Source of the DNA: Nitrospira sp.
Lineage (GTDB): Bacteria; Nitrospirota; Nitrospiria; Nitrospirales; Nitrospiraceae
Direction: 5' to 3'
NCBI GenBank assembly: GCA_013696305.1
Contig: JACCYV010000151.1
Location: 1 to 48,402 of the forward strand
Length of the DNA: 48,402 nt
Shown: in pieces, positions 27,786-38,085 of the stretch
Position numbering within the stretch: position 1 is the first letter of the stretch
Layout of the letters: every line of letters starts with the position of its first letter
The notes under the pieces: generated by a model
What the model saw: only the letters and a program-made list of their open reading frames with translations
Databases searched by the model: none
What the model was told of the DNA's origin: nothing
Program-made: the position numbers and the translations under genes

Positions 27786-28559
27786 TTAATGAGGAAGATC
27801 GAGCAGCCTCCAATACCACTCAAACAAGGGCTGGTGGAACAGCAACGCGATGAACGATCCCACCGCAAGGAAGGGGCCAAAAGGAATGTATTGCTCACGC
27901 CGCATGACCCGGGAAGCGATGAGCCCGCCGCCGACCACGGAGCCCAGCAAAGACCCAATCATAATGGCCAGCAATGCGGGTTGCCATCCGATGAATGCGC
28001 CGACCATGGCCATGAGCTTGATATCCCCTCCACCCATACCCTCCTTCCCGAAGACATAGGGGCTGATCCATGCTAGGAACCACAATATCCCTCCGGCCAC
28101 CAGGACGCCGAGCACAGAATCGACAATGCCGATGGGAAGAATGAAGGCTGCGCAGAGGAGGCCGACGACAATCCCCGGCAACGTCACCGCATCCGGAATG
28201 ATGGTATGGGAAAGATCCGTCCCCGACACCACGATAAGCGCGGAAACCAGCGCCGCATAGACACAGGCCACCGCGGTAATGCCGAACATCCAAAAAACCA
28301 CCACATATCCGATCGCGTTGGCCGCTTCCACCAGCGGATACTGGATGGAAATCGCTGCACGACAGGCGCGGCACCGCCCCTGCAAGATCACATAACTCAC
28401 CATCGGGAGATTGTCGTAAAAGGCGATGGTCTGTCGGCATGAAGGGCAATGGGAGCCAGGCCACGCGACCGATTCCTCTCGCGGCAGCCGGTAGATGCAG
28501 ACATTCAAGAAACTGCCGATCACCGCCCCAAACACCAGCACAATCAGGTGTGCGGTCAT
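27786..28559 (-). CDS. pilD: Prepilin peptidase / N-methyltransferase PilD
   Basis: GSFLNVCIYRLP, SHCPSC...GRCRAC, TDL, GMGGGDIKL, IPFGPFL. Confidence 0.96.
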   Translation of the reverse strand: MTAHLIVLVFGAVIGSFLNVCIYRLPREESVAWPGSHCPSCRQTIAFYDNLPMVSYVILQGRCRACRAAISIQYPLVEAANAIGYVVVFWMFGITAVACVYAALVSALIVVSGTDLSHTIIPDAVTLPGIVVGLLCAAFILPIGIVDSVLGVLVAGGILWFLAWISPYVFGKEGMGGGDIKLMAMVGAFIGWQPALLAIMIGSLLGSVVGGGLIASRVMRREQYIPFGPFLAVGSFIALLFHQPLFEWYWRLLDLPH

Positions 28560-28674
28560 ACGCGTCCTTGCCGACCTGAGCTTAAGACACCTATAAAGAC
28601 CGGCTTCTCAATATACGTAGTATAAATTAATGCATAAAAGGAAAAAATCACAGTGGCTACCCCTTCCTGCTCCA

Positions 28675-28704
28675 TTTACAATTGCTAGGATAACTGCGTA
28701 TAAT
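28675..28704 (+). promoter_or_regulatory. sigma70-type promoter for the LuxR-HTH gene
   Basis: TTTACA-N18-TATAAT in the AT-rich pilD/luxR intergenic region. Confidence 0.55.
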
Positions 28705-28781
28705 CCGAGAGACTTTTTGGCTCGAGAGGTCACAAGCCTCGGTCACTGAACTGCCTTTACCCGAAGTGGAGCAAGACACAC

Positions 28782-29066
28782 ATGTCGACAGTCGCCAAGA
28801 CACATAAAACTCGAGCCAAAGCGTCCTCGCCGGAGCCGGTACTTCCCATGCGCAAGCGACGCCCGGAAGCCCTCACGACTCGCGAACATGAAATCCTTGA
28901 GCTCATCTGGACCGGATTCAAAAACAAAGAAATCGCCCAGCGGTTAAAAATCAGCGTGAAAACGGTCGAGGCCCATCGGGCGAATATGATGAAAAAAATC
29001 CGGGTCTCCAATACCGCTCAGCTGCTCAAGGCCGCCATCCAGGGGAAAATGTTGAGGCTTCGGTAA
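28782..29066 (+). CDS. Stand-alone LuxR/GerE-type HTH regulator
   Basis: LTTREHEILELIWTGFKNKEIAQRLKISVKTVEAHRANMMKK; no receiver or ligand-binding domain. Confidence 0.9.
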   Translation: MSTVAKTHKTRAKASSPEPVLPMRKRRPEALTTREHEILELIWTGFKNKEIAQRLKISVKTVEAHRANMMKKIRVSNTAQLLKAAIQGKMLRLR

Positions 29067-29086
29067 GACTCTTCTTGGGGCCCCCG

Positions 29087-29863
29087 CTACTGCTTTCCCG
29101 TCGAGCCCTTCCCTCGCTGACGCACTGCCTCATACAGCACAATGGCCGCTGACGCCGAAACATTGAGCGAGCCGACCTTCCCGAGCATGGGGATGTGCGC
29201 GGCATCGTCACAGGCTTCGCGCACGCCCGGACGAACCCCCCTCCCTTCTCCGCCGAACACCAGCGCCACCGGCCCTCGGAAATCCAAGGCTGTGTAAACT
29301 TTAGGAGCCTCGGCATCGAGCGCATAGACCCATAAGCCGGAGCTTTGAAGACGCTCAATTAACCGAGAAAGATTCGGCACTCGCCCCACAGGCATGTAAT
29401 CGACGGCGCCCGCAGAAGCTTTCGCCACAATACTCGTCAATCCCACCGCACGACGCTCAGGGATAAACACACCCTGCACGCCGGAGGCTTCCGCCGTTCG
29501 CAGAATAGCACCAAGATTATGCGGGTCTTCAACCCCGTCAAGCAGGACTAGGAGAGGAGTTTGCCCGGCCCCCTGCGCCAAGGCAAGAATGTCATCCGAC
29601 TCGGCATAGGCCTTGACGGCGACCAAGCCGATGACTCCCTGATGGTGACCGGCGGGGACAAACCGATCAAAGGCGGCCCGGGGTTCCACATGTATCGGCA
29701 CGCGCTGCGCTTTCGCCAATCGCACAATGTCCCCAAACTGTCGATCGGTTCCCAGCACAAGCAGACGTTGGAGAGGGCGAACACCCGCACGAAGCGCCTC
29801 ACGCACCGCATGAAGTCCGTAGATCAATTCTGGGGGGTTATCGTTTCCATCGGCTGGTGCCAT
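29087..29863 (-). CDS. rlmB: 23S rRNA (guanosine-2'-O)-methyltransferase RlmB
   Basis: IYGLHAVREAL, HQGVIG, LDGVEDPHNLGAILR, FGGEGRG, IPMLGKVGSLNVSAS; follows cysS. Confidence 0.94.
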   Translation of the reverse strand: MAPADGNDNPPELIYGLHAVREALRAGVRPLQRLLVLGTDRQFGDIVRLAKAQRVPIHVEPRAAFDRFVPAGHHQGVIGLVAVKAYAESDDILALAQGAGQTPLLVLLDGVEDPHNLGAILRTAEASGVQGVFIPERRAVGLTSIVAKASAGAVDYMPVGRVPNLSRLIERLQSSGLWVYALDAEAPKVYTALDFRGPVALVFGGEGRGVRPGVREACDDAAHIPMLGKVGSLNVSASAAIVLYEAVRQRGKGSTGKQ

Positions 29864-31298
29864 CGGGACGGTCCTCGATCGTAACGCCATGGGAGGCCAA
29901 TTCCGCTCTAAGCTGGTCGGCAAGTCTGTAGTTTTTCACTTTCTTTGCCTTGATGCGTGCCGCAATCTTGTCGGCCACGTCGTCGTCGGTCAAAGTCGTC
30001 GACGTCTCACCATGCATGTCTGATGATGCCGGCTGGAGTTGAGGCTTGAACTGCCAGCAGTCGAGCTGCAAGAGTCCCAGTACCGCCCCGAGTGTGCGAA
30101 ACCCCTGCCGCACGGTGCGTCGCATCTCGTCGGACAAGCCGGCTTCGAGGGCCTTATTCGTTTCCCCACGTAGCCTCTGCAAGGCCGCCACTGCTTCGGA
30201 CGTATTCAGGTCATCATCCATGGCCTGCGCAAACGCCTGTCGCATCCGCGTGGTCGTCTCATACATCTGTTGATCGAGCACGCCTTGACTCAGAGCCGGT
30301 TCCTTGAGTCGCTCAAAGAGATCATAAAATCCGTTCAGAGCTCCCTTTGCCTCTCGTAGGCTGTGGTCTGAAAAATCCACAGGGCTTCGGTAGTGAGTTG
30401 AAAGGAGAAAGTACCGCAACACCTCACCGGTGACGGCGTCCGGCCATTCGGATTTCTTGAAAATCTCCCGAATCGTAAAAAAATTCCCCAACGACTTGGA
30501 CATTTTCTCTTGGTTGATCTGCACGAATCCGTTGTGAATCCAGTATCGCGCGAATTCCTTGCCGGTCGCGCCGCAGGATTGCGCGATCTCATTTTCATGA
30601 TGCGGAAAAATCAGATCCATCCCGCCCCCATGAATGTCGAACGTTTCGCCAAGATGCCGCATCGCCATGGCCGAACATTCGATATGCCACCCAGGTCGGC
30701 CTGGACCCCAGGGGCTGTCCCATGAAGGTTCATCGGGTTTGCTGCTCTTCCACAGGGCAAAATCCATGGGATGGCGTTTTCGCTGATCCACATCCACGCG
30801 CGCGCCGGCCTGCAAATCGTCGAGCTTCCGCTTGGAGAGGCTGCCGTATAACGGATACCGATCGACTTGAAAGTAGACATCACCGTCGACCAGGTAGGCC
30901 ATTCCCTTCGTCAGCAGCCTTTCGACAAGCGTCACGATGTCGGTGATATGCTCCGTCGCCCTCGGTTCGATCGTGGCCCGGCGCACACCCAGCTTCTCCA
31001 TATCCTCGTAATACGCGTTGATGTACGTGGTGGTGATACTTTCGCAACTCACCCCTTGCTCATTGGCCCGCCTGATGATTTTGTCGTCGACATCCGTGAA
31101 GTTTTTGGCAAACTCGACAACCAAGCCCGAATATTCCAGATGGCGACGCAACACATCGAAGATCAGGGCGCTGCGGGCATGTCCGATGTGGCAATAGTCA
31201 TAGACCGTCACGCCGCACACATACATCCGGGCTTTCCCGGGCACCAACGGTTCGAACCGGTCTTTGCTTCCGGTCATTGTATTGTGCACATACAACAT
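29838..31298 (-). CDS. cysS: Cysteine--tRNA ligase
   Basis: YVCGVTVYDYCHIGHAR, PGWHIECSAM, DIHGGGMDLIFPHHENE, KMSKS. Confidence 0.98.
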   Translation of the reverse strand: MLYVHNTMTGSKDRFEPLVPGKARMYVCGVTVYDYCHIGHARSALIFDVLRRHLEYSGLVVEFAKNFTDVDDKIIRRANEQGVSCESITTTYINAYYEDMEKLGVRRATIEPRATEHITDIVTLVERLLTKGMAYLVDGDVYFQVDRYPLYGSLSKRKLDDLQAGARVDVDQRKRHPMDFALWKSSKPDEPSWDSPWGPGRPGWHIECSAMAMRHLGETFDIHGGGMDLIFPHHENEIAQSCGATGKEFARYWIHNGFVQINQEKMSKSLGNFFTIREIFKKSEWPDAVTGEVLRYFLLSTHYRSPVDFSDHSLREAKGALNGFYDLFERLKEPALSQGVLDQQMYETTTRMRQAFAQAMDDDLNTSEAVAALQRLRGETNKALEAGLSDEMRRTVRQGFRTLGAVLGLLQLDCWQFKPQLQPASSDMHGETSTTLTDDDVADKIAARIKAKKVKNYRLADQLRAELASHGVTIEDRPDGTSRWKR

Positions 31299-31307
31299 GA
31301 AGCCGAC

Positions 31308-31943
31308 CTATTCCAGAGAAGGGCCACGTTTCGGCCAATGCGACCAGAGAAAATACCCGAGTCCAACGACAAGGAACAAGCCGATCACCAGATCCGCGTG
31401 GTGGAAGTATTCCCGTAATTCGTTCCAGTGCTCTCCCATCTTGAGCCCCACATAGGCCAGCGCATAACACCAGGGTACCGCGCCGATAAACGAAAAGAGA
31501 ATAAACTTTTTCACGTTCATTCGCGCAATTCCTGCAGGGAGAGAAATAAAGGTTCGAACCACCGGCAGGAGACGGCTGATCAGCACCGCCGCGTCACCAT
31601 GTTTGGCAAACCATCGATCGGCCAACTCTACATCATGCTGCGAGATGAGGAAGTACCGGCCATATCGCTCAACGAACGGCCGCCCTCCCCACACCCCTAC
31701 GTAGTACGCCACCATCGACCCGAGCACGTTGCCGATCGCGCCGGCGAGCGTCACGCCCAGCATGGAGAATTGCCCGGTCGAGACCAGATAACCGGAGAAC
31801 GGCATGATAATTTCACTTGGCAAGGGAATGCAGGCGCTTTCAATCGCCATCGTAATCACGATGCCCGTATAGCCGAATGTTGAAATCGCGGCGATGACGA
31901 ACCGTCCGAGCTCTTCTATCACCCACTCTATCAGCGCCGTCAT
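31308..31943 (-). CDS. dedA: DedA family membrane protein
   Basis: ESACIPLPSEIIMPFSG, RLLPVVRTFISLPAG; ATGA overlap with surE. Confidence 0.92.
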   Translation of the reverse strand: MTALIEWVIEELGRFVIAAISTFGYTGIVITMAIESACIPLPSEIIMPFSGYLVSTGQFSMLGVTLAGAIGNVLGSMVAYYVGVWGGRPFVERYGRYFLISQHDVELADRWFAKHGDAAVLISRLLPVVRTFISLPAGIARMNVKKFILFSFIGAVPWCYALAYVGLKMGEHWNELREYFHHADLVIGLFLVVGLGYFLWSHWPKRGPSLE

Positions 31944-32755
31944 ACCTTGGACCTTCTGCGCGGACGTGGACGGACCGGTGTCTGGCGCCGAGGCGGTTTC
32001 GAGAGCGGCTGCTCCCACGCTTTGAAATGTTCGAGCACGTCATGATGCGTCGTGTCGAGATGGATCGGCGTGATGGACACCATGCGGTGCTCCAGCGCTT
32101 CGTGGTCGGCGTCTTTCCGGCGACTCCACGACTGGCGTGTGCCGGCAATCCAATAATACGTGCGTCCCCTGGGATCGACTTTCTCAACAATGGGATTTTC
32201 AAAGCGGCGTCGACTGAGGCAGGTCACTTTCACTCCCTTGATGGATCGAAATGAAACATTCGGGATATTCACATTTAAGATAGTTTCTGGCGGCAATCCG
32301 TGCAATAGCACCTCGGTCGCCACTCGAGCCGCGTATCGCGCACCTACCTCGAATCGAAATGTGTTCTCGCCCTCCTGCGAGACTGCCATGGAAGGAATCC
32401 CTAAAATCGTGCCCTCCAGGGCCGCAGAGACAGTGCCGGAATACATCACGTCATCGCCAAGATTGACGCCTCGATTGATGCCCGACACGATCAATGCCGG
32501 CCGTCCCGGTAAGACCTTCGCGAGGGCCAGGTTGACACAGTCAACAGGAGTTCCATTCACCATGAACACGCGGGGGCCCATCTTGGTAATGCGCAGCGGT
32601 TTGTGCAGCGTCACCGCATGTCCCATCGCCGTCCGCTCACGATCAGGTGCGACGACCCACACCTCTCCCAACGCCCGCAACGCAGCGGCTACCGCGTGAA
32701 TTCCAGGGGACCCAATCCCGTCATCGTTGGTCACAAGAATACGTGCACGTGCCAC
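31940..32755 (-). CDS. surE: 5'/3'-nucleotidase SurE
   Basis: ILVTNDDG, GTPVDCV, SGINRGVNLG, YSGTVSAALEG; GAGGAG RBS. Confidence 0.96.
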   Translation of the reverse strand: MARARILVTNDDGIGSPGIHAVAAALRALGEVWVVAPDRERTAMGHAVTLHKPLRITKMGPRVFMVNGTPVDCVNLALAKVLPGRPALIVSGINRGVNLGDDVMYSGTVSAALEGTILGIPSMAVSQEGENTFRFEVGARYAARVATEVLLHGLPPETILNVNIPNVSFRSIKGVKVTCLSRRRFENPIVEKVDPRGRTYYWIAGTRQSWSRRKDADHEALEHRMVSITPIHLDTTHHDVLEHFKAWEQPLSKPPRRQTPVRPRPRRRSKV

Positions 32756-32912
32756 AGCCTCTCCTCACTCTTCGACAACATCGTGAAAGTGGAACAGAAC
32801 CGGCGGATTGAGGGTATGACAGGCAAGGCGGGAACAACACCAACACGCGCGGACGATCGGTCGCCATCATATGGTCCTGCAGAGCACCACCGTTCAGAAG
32901 GGATCGTGCCGA

Positions 32913-32989
32913 TGGTCGGGGCGGCGGGATTTGAACCCACGACCACTCGCACCCCAAGCGAGTGCGCTACCGGGCTGCGCTACGCCCCG
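32913..32989 (-). tRNA. tRNA-Pro (GGG)
   Basis: 77 nt CGGGGCGTAGCGCAGCCCGGTAGCGCACTCGCTTGGGGTGCGAGTGGTCGTGGGTTCAAATCCCGCCGCCCCGACCA; anticodon arm CTCGC-TTGGGGT-GCGAG, T-loop GTTCAAAT, encoded CCA. Confidence 0.97.
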
Positions 32990-33048
32990 ACTTCCATGAC
33001 ATCGATATTCTCGCGACTAAATTGAACCGCTTGCACCACCGCGACGGT

Positions 33049-33411
33049 TCAGGGTGTATGAGAATCGATCATCCTGATGATCGCCTGGAGGTCGCCTCTG
33101 ACGCGCTGTGCCAATTCTTTTCGCGACCCGCGCTTCACCGTGGCTCGTCCCCGACGAGCCCAATAGCGCTTGACGCCGGCCAGCGTGTGCCCTTCTTCAT
33201 AGAGCATTCGCTTGATCTCCAGCACCGTATCCACATCTCGTTGCACATACAATCGCTGATTGCCGCGGCTTTTCTTTGGTTTGAGGAAGCTAAACTCCGA
33301 CTCCCAAAACCGCAAGACATAAGCCGGCAACTTTGAAATCTTGCTGACTTCGCCGATTTTATAAAAAACCTTACTTCCCAGTCTGGGCTCATTCCCCATG
33401 ACCGGTCTCAT
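33049..33411 (-). CDS. MerR-family HTH regulator (ihfA-associated type)
   Basis: FYKIGEVSK...AYVLRFWESEF..LKPKKSRGNQRLY; conserved ihfA-merR-tRNA-Pro order. Confidence 0.92.
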   Translation of the reverse strand: MRPVMGNEPRLGSKVFYKIGEVSKISKLPAYVLRFWESEFSFLKPKKSRGNQRLYVQRDVDTVLEIKRMLYEEGHTLAGVKRYWARRGRATVKRGSRKELAQRVRGDLQAIIRMIDSHTP

Positions 33412-33439
33412 GCTGCGTGTGCTCGTGGCAAGATATTGA

Positions 33440-33715
33440 CTAGGAATTGACGTACTTTTTAAAGACCTGACTGGGCCGAAACGTCACCACTCGACGGGGG
33501 GTTATCCCGATTTCTTCACCGGTCCGTGGATTGCGTCCCTTGCGCGCCCCTTTGCTCCGAACGACAAAATTCCCAAATCCTGCGATCTTGACCGCGTCAC
33601 CTTTTTGCAGAACGCCCTTCAGCAGATTGAGCACGAGCTCGACGATATCGGCTGCGTCGTTCTTAGACACTCCAACCTGCTTGAAAATTTCGTTTGCGAT
33701 ATCGGCCTTTCTCAT
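33440..33715 (-). CDS. ihfA: Integration host factor subunit alpha
   Basis: MRKADIA..., VKIAGFGNF, RKGRNPRTGEEI, RRVVTFRPS. Confidence 0.92.
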   Translation of the reverse strand: MRKADIANEIFKQVGVSKNDAADIVELVLNLLKGVLQKGDAVKIAGFGNFVVRSKGARKGRNPRTGEEIGITPRRVVTFRPSQVFKKYVNS

Positions 33716-33798
33716 GCCTTTCCCCCCGCCATCCACTCGAGTCGTTCCTTACGAAATGCTTCTTGGTGTCGAGCGTCCAAGACAAAGAATTTTCCCAT

Positions 33799-33827
33799 AA
33801 GTTACGTGAGGTTACCTGCTCTGTCAA
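33799..33827 (-). promoter_or_regulatory. sigma70-type promoter for ihfA-merR
   Basis: Minus strand TTGACA-N17-TAACTT. Confidence 0.55.
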
Positions 33828-33858
33828 GGATTATGTGAGCCCGATGAGGCGGAGGGCC

Positions 33859-35508
33859 CTAGCGATCTGCCAACAGCAATTTGTACTCCATGCTATCCGC
33901 CAGCGCTTGCCAGCTGGCTTCCATGATGTTTTCTGACACGCCGACCGTACCCCACTTGTCCTTGTGATCTCCCGATTCGATCAAGACTCGCACTTTCGAT
34001 TCCGTTCCTTTGTTGGCGGACAGGACGCGCACTTTATAGTCCAGCAATTTGACTTCGCGCAGTTGCGGGTAGAACTTTTCCAATGCCTTGCGGAGCGCAT
34101 GGTCGAGTGCATTCACGGGGCCGGCACCCACAGCCGCCGTATGCTCGATCACCTCGCCGACCTTCACCATCACCGTCGCCTCGGACAGCAGCATGCCCTG
34201 CTCCTGCTTTTTCTCGACGATGACCCGAAAGCCCAGCAACTGAAAAGACGGGCGATGACTCCCCATCGCTTTGCGCATCAACAACTCAAACGACCCTTCG
34301 GCGCCTTCGAATTGATACCCTTGGCTTTCGCGTTCCTTCAGCGTTTCGACAAGCTCCTGCAGCTTCGCGTGATTCTTGCTCAGCGAAATGCCGTACGCCT
34401 CGACTTTTTCCAACAGACCACTGCGACCCGCATAATCCGATACCAGAATCCGCCGGCGATTGCCGACTTCCGCCGGAGCAATATGCTCATAGGTTGCCGC
34501 GTTCTTGAGCACCGCATGAATGTGAACACCCCCCTTGTGCGCAAAGGCTGCATCCCCCACATAGGGCTGACGCTTATTGGGCATCAAGTTGGCAATCTCA
34601 GTGACGAACCCTGCCACAGCTTTCAGCCGCGTGAGTTTCTCGCCGAGCGCGGGCCGCCGCATCTTCAATTGTAAGTTAGGAATGATGGAACAGAGGTTGG
34701 CATTTCCGCATCGCTCGCCGATCCCATTGATCGTTCCCTGCACCTGTAGAATCCCGGACTCGACGGCCACGAGCGAATTGGCGACCGCCATTTCACTATC
34801 ATTATGTGCGTGAATGCCCAATGGCACGGGATATTCCTGCTGCACCACCCGACAAATTTCCCGGATTTCCCAGGGCATCGTCCCGCCGTTCGTGTCGCAG
34901 AGAATGACCCGTTCAGCGCCGCCCGCGATCGCCTTGCGGATCGTCTGCAACGCATAGTCGGAATTCGCCTTATAACCGTCAAAAAAATGTTCGGCATCGT
35001 AAAACACCCGGCGATCCTTTGAGCGGAGATAATGAATCGAGTCTTCGATGAGGTCCAGATTCTTGGCCAGTGAAATGCCGAGCGCGTCCGTCACCTGGAA
35101 CGACCAACTCTTGCCGAAGAGCGTAATCGTGCGCGTCTCGGACGCCAGCAACGCCTGAAGATTTTTGTCTTTCCGGACCGAGTTGCTGGCCTTTCGCGTC
35201 GAGCCGAACGCCACGATGGTCGCATGCTGAAAAGGTATGGTCCTGACCTTTTGAAAGAACTCGATGTCTTTGGGATTCGCACCTGGCCACCCACCCTCAA
35301 TGAACTGCACACCGAGTTCATCGAGCTGTTGCGCGACACGAACCTTATCCTCTACAGAAAAACTGACATCCTCCGCCTGGGCTCCGTCACGGAGCGTCGT
35401 ATCGTAGATTTCGATCGCAGAGGCCTGTACCGCTGTGAGAGTCGGCACTGAGACGGATTCCGGGACGTGAGTTCGACGCGGGGCTGGACTTCGTTGTTTC
35501 ATAGACAT
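33859..35508 (-). CDS. cimA: Citramalate synthase (LeuA/CimA family)
   Basis: YDTTLRDGAQ, EGGWPGANPKD, YDAEHFFDG, LCDTNGG, HAHND, GERCGNANL, FAHKGGVH, WGTVGVSENI. Start likely 35508 or 35502, not 35667. Confidence 0.92.
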   Translation of the reverse strand: MSMKQRSPAPRRTHVPESVSVPTLTAVQASAIEIYDTTLRDGAQAEDVSFSVEDKVRVAQQLDELGVQFIEGGWPGANPKDIEFFQKVRTIPFQHATIVAFGSTRKASNSVRKDKNLQALLASETRTITLFGKSWSFQVTDALGISLAKNLDLIEDSIHYLRSKDRRVFYDAEHFFDGYKANSDYALQTIRKAIAGGAERVILCDTNGGTMPWEIREICRVVQQEYPVPLGIHAHNDSEMAVANSLVAVESGILQVQGTINGIGERCGNANLCSIIPNLQLKMRRPALGEKLTRLKAVAGFVTEIANLMPNKRQPYVGDAAFAHKGGVHIHAVLKNAATYEHIAPAEVGNRRRILVSDYAGRSGLLEKVEAYGISLSKNHAKLQELVETLKERESQGYQFEGAEGSFELLMRKAMGSHRPSFQLLGFRVIVEKKQEQGMLLSEATVMVKVGEVIEHTAAVGAGPVNALDHALRKALEKFYPQLREVKLLDYKVRVLSANKGTESKVRVLIESGDHKDKWGTVGVSENIMEASWQALADSMEYKLLLADR

Positions 35509-35575
35509 GAGAGTAGCAGGGACATGAACGGACTGTCGAGGATCCTGCCGGACCGGCGATCGCCTCCCGCCGCCG

Positions 35576-36811
35576 CTAGCCCAGAGCAGGAGCCGAGACG
35601 CGGTCCAGACCGAACGCCGTATGGAGCGCACGCATGGCCAGTTCCAGATACTTCTCCTCAATGACACATGAGATTTTTATTTCCGACGTGCTGATCATCA
35701 TAATGTTCACGCTCTCGCGTGACAGCACTTCGAACATCTTCGCCGCCACCCCTGAATGCGACCGCATGCCCACGCCGATGAGGGAGACCTTGGCGATGGA
35801 TTCCGTCACCGCCACCGACCGGGCGCCGATGTCCTGGGAAAGGCGCTGGATAAGCTCGACGGCACTCCGCAAGTCCGGCTTTGGAACGGTGAACGAAATG
35901 TCGGTCATAGCGGCCTGGCTGACGTTTTGAATGATCATGTCAACCACGATATTCGCATGGGCCACGGCCCCGAATACACGCGCGGCAATGCCTGGGCGAT
36001 CCGGCACCCCGACAATCGTAATCTTGGCCTGATTGCGGTCTCCCGTCACTCCCGACACCATAACTCCTTCCATGTCGGCATCTTCACGTGTCACGAGCGT
36101 TCCCTTTCCTTCCTTGAAACTGGAATTGACTTCCACCGGTACGGCATATTTCGCGGCAAACTCGACCGAGCGACTTTGCAGCACCTTGGCGCCGAGGCTC
36201 GCCATTTCAAGCATTTCTTCGTAGGAAATCTTGTCCAGCCGTCGCGCAGCCGGCACGATGTTCGGGTCGGCCGTATAGACGCCGTCAACATCCGTATAAA
36301 TAACGCACCGATCAGCCTTCAGCGCGGCCGCCAACGCGACTGCTGTCAAGTCGGACCCGCCTCGACCCAGCGTCGTGACATCTGAGCGAGCATTGATGCC
36401 CTGAAAGCCCGCCACGACCGGAACGACCCCCTCCGACAGCGCATCCTTAATGCGATCGGCTGTCACGCGGGAAATCCTGGCTTTGGTATGGGCGCTGTCG
36501 GTGTGAATCCCCACCTGCCGGCCCGTAAAGGATCGAGCATGCACGCCGCGCCCCTGAAGATCCATGGCGAGCAGCGCAATCGTGACCCGCTCCCCCGTCG
36601 AAAGCAACATGTCCAATTCGCGCTCATCGGGAGTGCTGGTCACCTCATGGGCCAATTTGAGCAACCGATCGGTTTCTCCGCTCATAGCCGACAACACCAC
36701 GACGACCTGATGCCCGTCTTTGCGCGCCCGTTCGACCCGCTCGGCGACCCGATGAATCCGCTCGACGTTACCGACGGATGTACCGCCATATTTCTGAACG
36801 ATCAGCGCCAC
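35576..36811 (-). CDS. lysC: Aspartate kinase with two ACT domains
   Basis: [41 protein letters not shown]. Confidence 0.97.
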   Translation of the reverse strand: MALIVQKYGGTSVGNVERIHRVAERVERARKDGHQVVVVLSAMSGETDRLLKLAHEVTSTPDERELDMLLSTGERVTIALLAMDLQGRGVHARSFTGRQVGIHTDSAHTKARISRVTADRIKDALSEGVVPVVAGFQGINARSDVTTLGRGGSDLTAVALAAALKADRCVIYTDVDGVYTADPNIVPAARRLDKISYEEMLEMASLGAKVLQSRSVEFAAKYAVPVEVNSSFKEGKGTLVTREDADMEGVMVSGVTGDRNQAKITIVGVPDRPGIAARVFGAVAHANIVVDMIIQNVSQAAMTDISFTVPKPDLRSAVELIQRLSQDIGARSVAVTESIAKVSLIGVGMRSHSGVAAKMFEVLSRESVNIMMISTSEIKISCVIEEKYLELAMRALHTAFGLDRVSAPALG

Positions 36812-36816
36812 GACGC

Positions 36817-38067
36817 TTACGCTCCGCGTGGAAATAATCGCGCCATAAGTTTGGTGGCATCACGCGGGGCGGTCCTTGCGATGTTCTCTTCCTGCTCGTG
36901 AAATCGTTTGGCGGCTCCCGAGCGCGACTGACCGTCACTGTCACAGAGCGCGTACAAGATCGGAGGAGCTTTGGAAGCGTGGGTGTTCGCCGGTCCCGGG
37001 TCACAGACTACAAGCAGTCGATAAGACGAGTGGATGGCCGATGCCGTAAGAATCGGACCGACAACCTGGGCATCGAAGTGCTCGATGGCCCGGACCTTGT
37101 CCCGGACATCACGTGCGTGCAGCACATCATCCGAAAGTCCGGCATGAAGATACACAAAATCGTTTGTCGCCCATTCTCGCACGGCGGCTTCAACACGTCC
37201 CGCAAACGCCTTCGATTCGTCGCCTTCGTCAATGGGCAGCTCGACGGACTCCAGCCCGGCGCATAATCCAACGCCACGGTGCACGTCGCTGGATGACACG
37301 ACCACACCGGTGATGTGATACCGTTCCGGTAACGGCGGCCAGAGGGCGGCGCGTCCCTGTCCCCACAACCACAAACAGTTCGCCGGCTTTAATCCCTCCT
37401 GTTGGCGTTCCTCATTGACCGGGTGGTCACGCAGAATGAAGAAGGCCGCATCCATAATCTTGCGCAACACATCGGCGTCTTCTCCGGTCGGCAGCGCGTC
37501 GGCGATCGACCGACCGACGAATTGCTCAGGATCGAGACATGTCGCGCGCGATTTACCCCCGACCCACACCATCAAATGCCGGTGCCCGGAACCGGGATAG
37601 AATTGAATGGTCTCCGACCCGAGTTGCTCATTGACAGCCTCAAGCAGTTCCCGCGCTTGCTCCGTATCGATGAGGCCGGCGGTCGCATCATCCATGACGA
37701 CATGCGCCCCCAATTTTTTGATCTCGGTCACGATATCCTTGCTGCCGGAAGCGCCCTCCCCTCGTACCGTCACCATCGTGCAGCGAAATACCACGTCTTG
37801 ATCACCCACCGTGATGCCCAGACCCGCAGCTTCCAGCGGACCGGGGCCGGGATAATATTTTTTTGGATCGTAGCCCAGCACCGCCACACTGGTGACATCA
37901 CTGCCGGCAGGCCCGCTTTCCGAAGGAAGGCTGAGCAGCCCGACCTCGCTGCTCTGGGCAATGCGATCGAGGTAAGGAGTCGCGGCGGCCTCAAGAGGGG
38001 TTTTTCCACCGAGTTCCGGACATGGGATGTCGGCCATCCCGTCGGCATGCAGGATCAAATATTTCAT
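36817..38067 (-). CDS. ApgM-family (cofactor-independent phosphoglycerate mutase-like) protein, proposed alternative homoserine kinase
   Basis: [38 protein letters not shown]...PAN.LWLWGQG; located between thrC and lysC. Confidence 0.85.
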   Translation of the reverse strand: MKYLILHADGMADIPCPELGGKTPLEAAATPYLDRIAQSSEVGLLSLPSESGPAGSDVTSVAVLGYDPKKYYPGPGPLEAAGLGITVGDQDVVFRCTMVTVRGEGASGSKDIVTEIKKLGAHVVMDDATAGLIDTEQARELLEAVNEQLGSETIQFYPGSGHRHLMVWVGGKSRATCLDPEQFVGRSIADALPTGEDADVLRKIMDAAFFILRDHPVNEERQQEGLKPANCLWLWGQGRAALWPPLPERYHITGVVVSSSDVHRGVGLCAGLESVELPIDEGDESKAFAGRVEAAVREWATNDFVYLHAGLSDDVLHARDVRDKVRAIEHFDAQVVGPILTASAIHSSYRLLVVCDPGPANTHASKAPPILYALCDSDGQSRSGAAKRFHEQEENIARTAPRDATKLMARLFPRGA

Positions 38068-38085
38068 GCGATGTTCCTGAGGTAA

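Noticed and set aside
32756-32989. tRNA-Pro as an integration site
   Set aside because: No integrase and no duplicated tRNA 3' end; surE follows directly, so the site is empty.
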